DNA of 48,905 nt from Nemertoderma westbladi (Eukaryota; Animalia; Xenacoelomorpha). Location: positions 1-48,905 of the forward strand of contig JAUCBJ010008012.1 in assembly GCA_032718475.1 (NCBI GenBank), given 5' to 3'. The position numbers and the translations under genes are program-made. Shown here piece by piece: positions 1-10,197 of this stretch. Below the pieces are notes generated by a model that made no database searches, had not been told where the DNA came from, and saw only the letters and a list, made by a program, of their open reading frames with translations. Each line of letters opens with the position of its first letter. Positions within the stretch are counted from its first letter, which is position 1.

Positions 1-121
1 GTAAACAAATTTAAAAGTATTACTGTATCCATCTGTTACATATGTTACTATTACGTAAACATAAACACTAAAAACTCGGTTGACACACGAATTATGAATG
101 AAGTATTGGGATTAATACAAA

Positions 122-2335
122 TTAATTATCAGTTCTACCTATCGGTAAAATTACATTCTTATGAATTTCTTCGGTTTTTAGTTTCATATGGTGCAAATCA
201 CTGGACACATTTCCAACCTTAAAAATGCTAATTTTACTAGATTGTAACGGGTAAACAAAAAAATCAGAAACAGAAACAAACTTTTGATAAATCACAACAG
301 TGTCTGAGCCAACTTTCAAAATATTACGAACCAACATTGGAGAATTATTAACACTATTACAATTATTAGCACAACCTTCCCTCGACAAAGTAATATTATT
401 ATTAATAAGTACACTTTTGTACTGTCGTATGTTTAGAGCATGGGTGAAAGTGCTTGTTAAAGGCCCATCATTGTGTTCGATTTTGTGTATAATTTCTGAG
501 TCATTTGATTTCTTATTAATCTTTCCAGTATTTTTTCTGATCTCGAGCTCTCGCAACACTAGCTGCTGCAATGGGAGGTTTGGAGAACGAAGTCGTTTTT
601 TCAAACTGCCCAAAAAGTTCTCAAAAGGAAAGGCAGAAACTCTATCTAAATTTCCAAATCGTTTAACATCTTCAGCCAAATGTATTAAACAATGAACATT
701 ATATACTACCATATTTGAACCATATAACTTTGAATAATGTTCAACAAATAAACGAAACAATTTATTTGAATAATCGACATAGAGACTGCAGTACAATGGA
801 CTAAGACAGAGATAGGTTGCTACAAAAAATAACATAAAGTTATCATACAATGACTTAGGTAAGATAGGCTTCAACGCAACTGGACCGGTGTACAGTAGAA
901 ATAATCGGAACTCTGTGGCTTTCCAACGTTTAACCTCGGCAATAGAACGCGGTTTCCTAGCAAATTCAGACGGTATGTAACTCTTATAAGAAAGTAGAAT
1001 ATTTGACAATTGATTAGTAAGTACACTACCGAGACGACACTGAGGTGGACCTTTAACCCAAAGAAATATTAAACGTCGCATTACCCCTAAGCAAATAAGG
1101 TGCATGTAATCTAAGGGAAACTGGTGAACCATATCTATTTTTAGATCAGATAAAGGGGATGTTCCACGATGATGGTCTTCATCTGTTTGTGAAGCAAAAT
1201 CCTCAGCAGTTCTAGAACTGGATCGCGCAGGAGCATCGCAAACTACGGCAGTTATTGTAATAGTACAATTGCACTGTAACCCATTAATTGAAATTCCACA
1301 CGTTTGAAGTCTCTTATACTCAGTACAAAAATCATGCAAAAACTCTAGATCTGTTGGTTTTGAATTACCGTAATACAAAGCTATTATAAATGGTTCAGTT
1401 TTACAAGGAAAGACTATTCTACTTAGAAGTGGCCATAACTGTGAATTACAACTCTTGTATACCGAGAGACCATCCACGTTTATTTGTATAGATAAATTAT
1501 TCGCAGAATCTATTGAAAGTCATACAAATTTCTTCCATTCATTAATACTGTTGAGAATATAATCTATGCTATTTTCAATTCCAAAATAATAGTACAAACC
1601 CCCCGATTTATTTAAGCACAAGTTTAAACACAATGATTCACTCCTAGGAGTCCGTAGAAGAGTCCTGGGATCTTTTGGCAAACTTTCATTAGTAACCTGA
1701 GGGCAAGACCGCAAGCCATCTAGTAGGACTCTAAGTGCAGTTTGAGGAATAGAGTAAGAAATCGCTCACTCTGATAAAAAATCACGCAGAGAATTACCAT
1801 CAACATCAACAAAGCTATTATAAATGGTTCAGTTTTACAAGGAAAGACTATTCTACTTAGAAGTGGCCATAACTGTGAATTACAACTCTTGTATACCGAG
1901 AGACCATCCACGTTTATTTGTATAGATAAATTATTCGCAGAATCTATTGAAAGTCATACAAATTTCTTCCATTCATTAATACTGTTGAGAATATAATCTA
2001 TGCTATTTTCAATTCCAAAATAATAGTACAAACCCCCCGATTTATTTAAGCACAAGTTTAAACACAATGATTCACTCCTAGGAGTCCGTAGAAGAGTCCT
2101 GGGATCTTTTGGCAAACTTTCATTAGTAACCTGAGGGCAAGACCGCAAGCCATCTAGTAGGACTCTAAGTGCAGTTTGAGGAATAGAGTAAGAAATCGCT
2201 CACTCTGATAAAAAATCACGCAGAGAATTACCATCATTAAAGCCGTCTGAATCATTGGTAACTTCAGATTCATCTATTATAGCATCGGAATCATAATCTG
2301 AATCATCGAATTTACCTAAATCAACTTCAAAGTTA
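122..2335 (-). pseudogene. Decayed EnSpm/CACTA (CMC superfamily, animal-type) transposase
   Basis: Family motifs: LPKDPRTLLRTP, QINVDGL..YK.S..QLWP, VCDAPAR, FPLDYMHL.CLGV, PSEFARKPR..EVKRWKATEFR.FLLYTG, YNVH.L.HL, SAFPFENFLG. In-frame TGA at 1520-1522 and a TGA where W is expected in 'LSE*AIS'. Contains an internal 428-bp tandem duplication. Acidic N-terminal remnant extends to about 2335. Confidence 0.85.
1375..2236. repeat. Tandem duplication of 428 bp (1375-1802 and 1809-2236) with 6-bp filler ACATCA
   Basis: Copies look identical at offset 434; the duplicated ORFs 1520-1714 and 1954-2148 translate identically. Confidence 0.95.
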
Positions 2336-3478
2336 CAATAATAATGTATACAACAATAATGCTGGCCTTTTTAGAGTAGTTCGCTAATTGCACAAAAACA
2401 ACTCATTTTTGCCGCAAATGCTTTAAAACCGCTAGAGGGCGACTGTAAATTTGAAAATTTTTCGAAAAAACAAATGTTTAGCCATATTTTAACAGCCCAT
2501 ACTGTATAAAATCAAAATAGTTTAATTTCAGTAGAAATTGTAGACATTTAAATAAAGTGTTCAGGGGCGAGGGGGGGGGGGGGGGGGGGGTTAGAGTTGA
2601 ATTTAAACTTAAAAGTTGAATTAAAAAAGTGTTAAATTTCAACTCAGTTGCAATTTGAACTTCTCCCCGACTGTTCGGTAACTGTTTAAATTACTATAAA
2701 ACATAACAGCATACAGTAGTAGCCTACTATATTGCATTAAACACGCGCCACTCAGAAATCTACCGACGTAATAATCAGTAATCAGTAAATCTACCGACGT
2801 ATTCAATTAATATGAAAACGAACTACGTCATTCGAATTCCCACTTGAACACCCATTCTTGAACTAAGTTGAATAATTATCCAACAAAACTTCCGATATTC
2901 TGTTACACTTATGGGGAATGGGGATCACTTCCCTAAATAGAAAGTAAAGTCAGTGCAAACTGCAAAATACAGTTAACTGTAATTTGCTAATGACGTCTCT
3001 AAAGTCTGTACTGCCAATGAGAGTGCAGTGTTTTGGAATGGAATTACCTGTGATTGGTTGGTTTGTACATCAAGGTAGACAAGAATTTGAGGGAGTGCAA
3101 TAATACAAGATAGTTTATTTAGGTGAAGTAAACGAGCTAAAATCGAGGCAGACATAAATTTTTTCCTTGGTAGGCCCAACAGCAAATTTGCCTTACAATT
3201 ACCGGTACCGATAATAAACTTTCAGTTTACCATTTTGTAAATGTTAACGGTCTGCTACCGGCAGTGCTCAACAGAACAATTAGAACTAGAACAGTACAAT
3301 AGTCTGACAGTAGGCAGGTACCGGTAGCGCAGTGGGCAGGTAGGCTACATTAAAAGAGAACACTACTAACTACCGCACTAAGCTACTAAGCATCCGGCCA
3401 TGAAAGGCTGATAGGCCTACATCTGTACATGATACAAGTACAACTGACTGACTGAAGTACAGAAGTACTTAGCGCTAG

Positions 3479-3576
3479 CATGGCCTACTCTATTATATTA
3501 TATTATATTATACTATACTAATTACAATACTAATACAATACTAATTATACTATATTATATAATATAGTAGGCCATG
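3479..3576. mobile_element. 98-bp P-superfamily-like remnant or excision scar
   Basis: Inverted termini CATGGCCTACT(C/A)TATTATAT match 19/20; 7-bp direct repeat GCGCTAG at 3472-3478 and 3577-3583; interior is AT-rich micro-repeats. Confidence 0.7.
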
Positions 3577-4279
3577 GCGCTAGATGCTGAGCTGTTAGGC
3601 CTACCGCCTCCTACCAGGACCAGCTATCAGGCTGTCAGGTTAGGTTACCTTACCACTGTGCACTGTACCAGCTTACAGCCTTAGTGCCTACCCTACCAGC
3701 CAGCCAGCCTACTGCAGTACTGCTGTACTCAGGTACTGCATGCATTTGCTCCCAGGTTGGAATTTATGTAGAGTTTGCTCAACATGTGACATGTGTGGCG
3801 CGGATTAAGGATCCTGGCGCGTAGTGACAGGGGCGTGTGGCGCGCATTGAGGATCCTGGCGGCAGGCGGTCCTGGCGCGAATATGGATGTAGGGTTAGGG
3901 TACGCGTACGGTCTGACAGTCTGACGGTAGGATGAAGCAGCCGTCTGGCCGTGCGAGTGCACTGCTGCACTGGCAACACACTGACACATCCCACTCTACA
4001 GCTCTATTTGAAATTATTCCATAGGTTTAAAAAGATTGAAAAATGTCCGCTTGCTTCGCTCGCGCGTTTATACTATAGGCCTAGCCCTGTAAGCCTACTC
4101 TTAGCACTGTCTGGCTGTGGTCCTGTCAGCCTGTTGCCTGTCCTGTCTGCCTGTGGACAAATGGAAACGGACAGATTGAGCATGACCATTACTGCATTAT
4201 GCATTAAAAACATGACTTGTTTCAAAAGTTTTTCAATTGTCAGACTCTTCAACCAAGACAGCCTGCATGATTCAGCAGA

Positions 4280-4505
4280 ATTTCCGTGCTCACTACGCTC
4301 ACCAGCTCACAATTTAATGACATCTGTATTTGAAAACAGTCGGTTTAGGCCTACCTACTTTAAATGCTGAAATGTTAACGTTTTCGTGCTCGCTACGTTC
4401 GCCAGCTCACAATTTAATGACATCTGTAGGGCCTATTTGAAAACAGTCGGTTTGCCTACTTTAAATGCTGAAATGTTAAAATTTTCGTGCTCGCTACGCT
4501 TGCAT
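4280..4505. repeat. Imperfect tandem repeat of about 105 bp carrying a TTTCGTGCTCGCTACGCTCGC motif
   Basis: Two copies of CCAGCTCACAATTTAATGACATCTGTA...TTTAAATGCTGAAATGTTAA; the motif recurs near 4050 and 4670. Probably a TE interior. Confidence 0.7.
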
Positions 4506-5122
4506 CTTGATCACATCAACATTTAAAAACAGTCAGTTGACGTTGACCTACTACTACTACTAGTAATATGTACTTAGTAATATGTACTACAGCAGTACAG
4601 TACTATCTGACTATTACTGTCAGACTGTATTTCAGTATTTATCAGTTTATGTTAACATAATTGGAAAATTTCCTTGCTCGCTACGCTCGCATTTTAATGT
4701 TAAAATACTGTCAGTCGGTGATAAAGGCGATTTTGGACTTGATCCAATTTTGGAACTTGCTAAGTCAAAATTGGACTTCCATTCCAATATCGGAATTAAT
4801 TTTGATATGAATTACAGTGAATTTTCCACGGCCTACAATTTTTTCAGACGGCATCTGAAATTTAACCTACATGTTCTTCACTACAAAATAAGAGTTTTAA
4901 CCGTGCACGAGAAAATTTCACGGTGCACCACAAAGACAACCGACATTTAAAGTTTTGCGCATAGTACAGTACACTGTACGTACTTCGTACAGTACTGCAG
5001 TACACTGCAGTAAAATGGCAGGATGGATAGCGTATAGCTGTATTGTTTCTATTGAACAGCACATAGCAGCACTTAACACTTTAAGCCCACAGTTGTCTTT
5101 CAGAATGAAATTGATCTTATAT

Positions 5123-5328
5123 ACTCTATTTTGTTTCACTTGGTCAATGTACATAAAGTAAATAGATTTTAAAAACTAGAATGTCAATAAATATATCAGA
5201 ATGTGAAATGAAGTCTGAAGATATTATCTTATTTACTCTATTCTGTTTCACTTTGTCAATGTACATACGTAAATAGATTTTAAAAACTAGAATGTCAATA
5301 AATATTATCAGAGGGTGAAATGAAGTCT
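5123..5328. repeat. Tandem duplication with about 111-bp period
   Basis: TACTCTATT...GTCAATGTACATA...AAAAACTAGAATGTCAATAAAT...GAAATGAAGTCT occurs twice. Confidence 0.9.
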
Positions 5329-5976
5329 ACACTGCAAACCAACTCAACCCACCAGAGAAACGTGAATAAAACGACTGAAACAATCTGATCAAACGTTTAA
5401 GAGACCTTTCGGGCAGTGGTGCAGCAGCAGCACATGGGGGGTACTGTAACAATCTGTTGAAATGATTAAGATACCTCCCATGTCCTTCCTGCCTTCACAA
5501 TCCATTGAAACGTTTAAGAGACCTTCGTGCAGCATGTGGGTGGGGCACTGTAACAATCTGTTGAAACGTTTAAGAGACCTTCGTTCAGCACATGGGATAC
5601 TGTAACATTGTGATTTTGAACAATCTTGATGAAATGAAATCTGATGATCGCGCAGTATGTGAGATACTGAAACAATATGTTAAAACGTTTGAGACCTTCG
5701 CACAGCATGTGACGAACTGTAACATTGTGTAACAAGCTGTTGAAACGTAAGGTTCGAATACGTAAGGGAAAGGCATGGGCAGCCTTGAATAGGCTTTCCA
5801 GGATTTGGAAGTCACCGAGAATTAATCGGAAACTTAAGGTCCAATTATTTAGAGCAGCAGTAGTTCCAGTACTCCTCTACGGGAGTCCATGCTGGGCTCT
5901 AACTGCTGAGGACACCAAATCTCTGGATGGCACATTCACAAGAATGCTACGCCGGGTTCATTGTGTCAAGTACAAT

Positions 5977-6074
5977 TAAATCTTGAAACAAAGCGACATG
6001 CTGCTGTTAGGGGGTCCATCATAAGTTAAATAAATACAAATAGATAAGGGTCTTCCCCAACGGTAAAGTAAACG
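5977..6074. mobile_element. 98-bp insertion inside the RTE copy
   Basis: 12-bp TSD GTCAAGTACAAT at 5965-5976 and 6075-6086; the related RTE copy near 32950 lacks the insertion. Confidence 0.85.
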
Positions 6075-6290
6075 GTCAAGTACAATGCACACATCTCCAA
6101 CCAGACACTATATAACATTGGAGGTGTCTCATTGGTTCCCCCAAGCTTGACACTAGAACAAAATCGCCTCCGCTTTGCAGGACTTTGCTTTCGCCGTGAG
6201 GACCAGCCAGTGCATAATCTTGTACTTTGGCAGCCTCATGGAGTGAATAAGCATGGTGGACAGCCCATGACTTTCTTGAGACGCATCTTA

Positions 6291-6550
6291 CTACTACTAC
6301 TAGGATCGGCATGCTGCATTGCAGCTGCATTTTTAAGAATGCTGTGCCGGCTTGTCAACAAAATTGCACCGCCACAACTCCCTATCACCCATGACATTTG
6401 CTAGATCATCCACATCTTTAAGGCCAGTGTCCTTTAAGATGCGTCTCAAGAAAGTCATGGGCTGTCCACCATGCTTATTCACTCCATGAGGCTGCCAAAG
6501 TACAAGATTATGCACTGGCTGGTCCTCACGGCGAAAGCAATGTCCTGCAA
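6291..6550 (-). mobile_element. 260-bp 5'-truncated copy of the same RTE family inserted antisense into the host copy
   Basis: Reverse complement of host 6172-6290 plus 6563-6703; has its own (TAG)4 tail; 12-bp TSD AGACGCATCTTA at 6279-6290 and 6551-6562. Confidence 0.9.
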
Positions 6551-7544
6551 AGACGCATCTTAAAGGACACTGGCCTTGAAGATGCGGATGATCTAGCAAA
6601 TGTCATGGGTGATAGGGAGTTGTGGCGGTGCAATTGTGTTGACAAGCCGGCACAGCATTCTTAAAAATGCAGCTGCAATGCAGCATGCCGATCCTAGTAG
6701 TAGTGTTGAAACGTTTAAGAGACCTTCGCGCAGCACGTGGCGTACTCCAACATTGTGTAACAAACTGTTGAAACGTTTAGGAGACCTTCATGGAGCACGT
6801 GGCTTGCTGTAACATTGTAACATGCTGTTGGAACGTTTAAGAGACCTTCGCTCAGCATGTGGCGTACTGTAACATTGTTAACAAGCTGTTGAAACGTTTA
6901 ATAGACCTTCGTGCAGCACATGGGGGTACTGAAACAATCTCTTGAAACGTTTAAGAGACCTTCGCGCAGCACGTGGCGTACTCCAACATTGTGTAACAAA
7001 CTGTTGAAACGTTTAGGAGACCTTCATGGAGCACGTGGCTTGCTGTAACATTGTAACATGCTGTTGGAACGTTTAAGAGACCTTCGCTCAGCATGTGGCG
7101 CACTGTAACATTGTGTAACAAGCTGTTGAAACGTTTAAGAAACCTTCGCGCAGCATGTGGCGTACTGTAGTCGCATTGTTAACAAGCTGTTGAAACGTTT
7201 ACTAGACCTTCGTGCAGCGCGTGGGGTACTGAAACAATCTGTTGAAACGATTAAGATACCTTCATGCCTTCACGCAGTATGTGAGATACTGAAACAATCT
7301 GTTGAAATGTTTAAGAGACCTTCGCGCAGCATGTGGCGTACTCCACTCCAACATTGTGTAACAAACTGTTGAAACGTTTAAGATACCTTCGTGTTCGCGC
7401 AGTATGTGAGATACTGAAACAATCTGTTGAAACGGTTCAAAGGCCTTCACGCAGCACATGAGACACTAAAACAATATATTGAAACGATTAAGAGGTCTAT
7501 TTATTTTTCATCATAGCTAACAGCTAACACCCCAATTCATGATA

Positions 7545-7870
7545 TTGACTGATTGAATGGGATCATTCAGTTCCCATTCATTTATTTTTAGGCTCATTAA
7601 GCCAAGGAATGCCTGTTCACCACCACGGATGATACTATAGTAAACCTCTTCCATTATGTTTTCCAAAGATGCCTTGGTTCCCATTTATCGACCACTCACA
7701 AGGATGAAAGCTATGGTTGGTCTAGGCTGAAGCATTTAAAGCACTGCGCAGCTGTGCTCAAACAGTGCTGCCCCCGTGCCCTGTGCCCAGGCTGGTGTGC
7801 CCCATCTAGGGATCGAAACAGGGCTTCCTAATTGGAAGCCCAGGAATGTCACCAATAGACCAAGCTGCTG
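7545..7870 (-). mobile_element. tRNA-derived SINE with a CORE-like central domain
   Basis: Minus strand shows A-box-like TGGTCTATTGG, anticodon-loop-like CTTCCAA (Gly-like), B-box-like GTTTCGATCCC, then GCTTTCATCCTTGTGAGTGGTCGATAAATGGGAACC, which resembles conserved SINE central domains. 3' boundary approximate. Confidence 0.6.
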
Positions 7871-7934
7871 CTTGGTCTAGGGTCTAGCTGCAGCTAATGA
7901 GAGTGAAGAAAAAAAATTTAATTATTTTGGGGTA

Positions 7935-9132
7935 CCGTAATTCGGGGTGACTTGATACATTGATGATTGAGGTGACTTGATACAGCAAGTTATACTTTTT
8001 TTCTTTAACGGATTGTGGGTGATTGCGTGATGTTATGATAAAAATTGAAATATTAGAAGATGTCTGAATAAATTGTCTATCAAATAGTAAAATAAATTTT
8101 GTCATTGCTTCGCATTTGTGATAACTAGAGCCAAAAATGAATTTTTCAAAATTCACTTTTTTTTAATGTCAAAATATAGGTTGAATTTTTGACACTTTGG
8201 GTTAATGTTGTTCAAAAATTATTTTTACAGATGCTAATAGATGAGTTTGAATATTATGATCCTAAAAAAAATTTACAAATTTTCATATGAATTGGGGGTG
8301 GAGTGCCCATTTTTTTTAAAGTGTATCTTAAAATGGGGTGACTTGATACATATATACGGTATATTGTAGGCGAAAATGTTCTGATACCTGTGACTTAAAC
8401 GTTGATTTGGCAAAATTTGTGCTTAAATTCATTGATTTAGTTTGCAGTTTTTTCTAAAATGTTTTGTCTTATTTACTGGTGTCAGGATGTCACAATACAA
8501 TGAAAGTCTTTTTCGTTTTTAAACTTCAATTTAACTTGTTAAATATTGTTATATGTTAAATTTTCTAAAATATTTTATCTTTACTTAAACCTTAAATTTG
8601 CAAAATTTGTGCTTAAATTCATTGTTTTAGTTTCCATTTTTTTCTATAATGTATTGTCTTACTTACTGGTGTCAGGATGTCACTATGCAATGAAGGTCTT
8701 TTTCGTTTTTAAAGTGCAATTTAACTTGTTAAATATGAAATATTTTGCCATAAAAAATGGAGTTATTTTTAATTTTAGCCATAATTTTATATCCCCGTTA
8801 GGTGGGGACTTCGTTCTTTTTTTAAAATTTCCAAGATGTATCAAGTCACCCCCACAGCCTACAACATGATCCAAACTCATTCACAGAGTGGTATTATTGC
8901 GGAAAATTTGCTTGTGTATCAAGTCACCCCGTTATGTGGGGTGACTTGATACAGCTGGTTTTTAAGAAAAAAACACCACTAGACTAAGCACCTGAAATAG
9001 TGCTTTAGTCTAGAGGTGTAGTACTCATCCCGACTATAAAATTTTCTTTTTATTCCATCTGTGTAGGATAAAAACTTCAGAAGATATTCACAGTTAAAGG
9101 CAAAAACTGTATCAAGTCACCCCGAATTACGG
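7935..9132. mobile_element. Non-autonomous Tc1/mariner (pogo/Tigger-like) element
   Basis: Perfect 25-bp TIRs CCGTAATTCGGGGTGACTTGATACA flanked by TA on both sides; internal copies of GGTGACTTGATACA near 7971, 8337, 8838, 8916 and 8939; internal tandem duplication of about 190 bp (8392-8735). Confidence 0.9.
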
Positions 9133-9148
9133 TACCGTAATTCGTCAT

Positions 9149-9340
9149 TGTTTTGGGGTAATTCGTCATTTTGCCACATTTTTGGGTAAATTAAATTTCC
9201 AAAACAAAGGCTCAAAAAAAAGTATTTTGGGGTAATTCTAAACTATTTTGGGGTATTTTGGGGTAATTATAAGCTATTTTGGGGTAGTTTTATACTATTT
9301 TGGGGTCATTTGGGGTGTTTTGGGGTATTTTGGGGTAATT
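9149..9340. repeat. (TATTTTGGGG)n-type degenerate repeat
   Basis: About ten TTTTGGGGT units separated by short spacers. Confidence 0.85.
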
Positions 9341-9351
9341 AGTAGGACCGT

Positions 9352-9767
9352 TTGGGAACAAGTGAAAACGTACCCTGGCTGCCTGGCACCTGGTTAAAAG
9401 CAAAACATACCCAAACAAAAACGTACCGTACCCGAATACTGGACAGCTGGATACGTTTTAACTTTAGGCCTAAGGGCCTAACGCTAACATAGTAGGCCTA
9501 ACAATGATGCATTGGGTACGTTTTTGTAGTACAAAAATAAATAGCAAAAATAAGCTGTAAACTGTGCTATTGACTCTTGTTTATTGTTTTGGTTAGATTA
9601 ATTTGTCACGCAACCTGCTCCTTCCCCTTTAAAAATTTGTTAGGATGACAATAATGTGTTGTGGGTCCCTAAGTTAAAACGTACCTGAAATATGGGTACG
9701 GTATTCCAGTATTCGTATTGATCGGTACGGTACGTTTTAACCGAGATACATTTTGACCTGTAACCCA
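9352..9767. mobile_element. Degenerate MITE with AAACGTACC subterminal repeats
   Basis: Imperfect TIRs TGGGAACAAGTGAAAACGTACCC and revcomp TGGGTTACAGGTCAAAATGTATCTC; AAACGTACC occurs in both orientations. Confidence 0.5.
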
Positions 9768-10197
9768 ACCTGGCATACCAGTAGCAAGGTCTACCTAGGG
9801 GCCCTAGGTAGACCTTGCTAGAGACTACTAGACAGACTACAGAGGTAGGCCCTAGCCCTAGTAGGGCTAGGGCCTACCTCTGTAGTCCAGTAGTCTGTCT
9901 GTACATACACCGGTCTGTTTGTGTTAGGCTTTATTTTTTCATTTCTGCGATTGTTTATAATTATAATTATACCTATTCTATTTTTTTTTGTATTAACAAT
10001 AGGACGATAGGATTGTATTTGTATATAACTTAAAAACTAACTACCGGTATTATTTTATACAACAATTGTTTTCTAACAACTTATTGACTACCCATTGGAC
10101 TATTATTGCTGTAGAGACAAACTTAACGCAAGACAATTAACCGAAACACACCATCATATCTATCGAACAGAACAACTAGTACCGGTAGGCCTACATA

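Larger units (their letters stand above)
5749..6703 (+). mobile_element. 5'-truncated RTE-clade LINE 3' end with (TAG)n tail
   Basis: Translates to RIRKGKAWAALNRLSRIWKS..LKVQLFRAAVVPVLLYGS.CW.LT...LDG.FTRMLRR...RLRFAG.C.R, the RTE ORF C-terminus. Tail TAGTAGTAG. 11-bp TSD TGTTGAAACGT at 5738-5748 and 6704-6714. Confidence 0.88.
5385..7497. repeat. Minisatellite with 50-62-bp unit (GTTGAAACGTTTAAGAGACCTTCGCGCAGCATGTGGCGTACTGTAACATTG...), interrupted by a LINE
   Basis: Core TGTTGAAACGTTTAAGAGACCTTCG repeats on both sides of the LINE; a four-unit block is duplicated at offset 236 (6706 vs 6942). Confidence 0.92.

Noticed and set aside
1520-1790. TGA read as Trp (alternative genetic code) in the transposase
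   Set aside because: Most Trp codons are TGG and the element has other lesions; ordinary decay explains the stops.
4879-4888. CACTACAAAA as the terminus of the CACTA element
   Set aside because: Wrong orientation to close the element that holds the transposase at 122-2335, and no partner TIR found.
7795-7870. Functional tRNA gene
   Set aside because: The cloverleaf pairs poorly and runs into a SINE body; isolated B-box-like motifs at about 14596 and 25965 also lack a cloverleaf.
9149-9340. Ciliate-type T4G4 telomere
   Set aside because: The unit is about 10 bp with spacers, interstitial and degenerate; more likely TE subterminal repeats.
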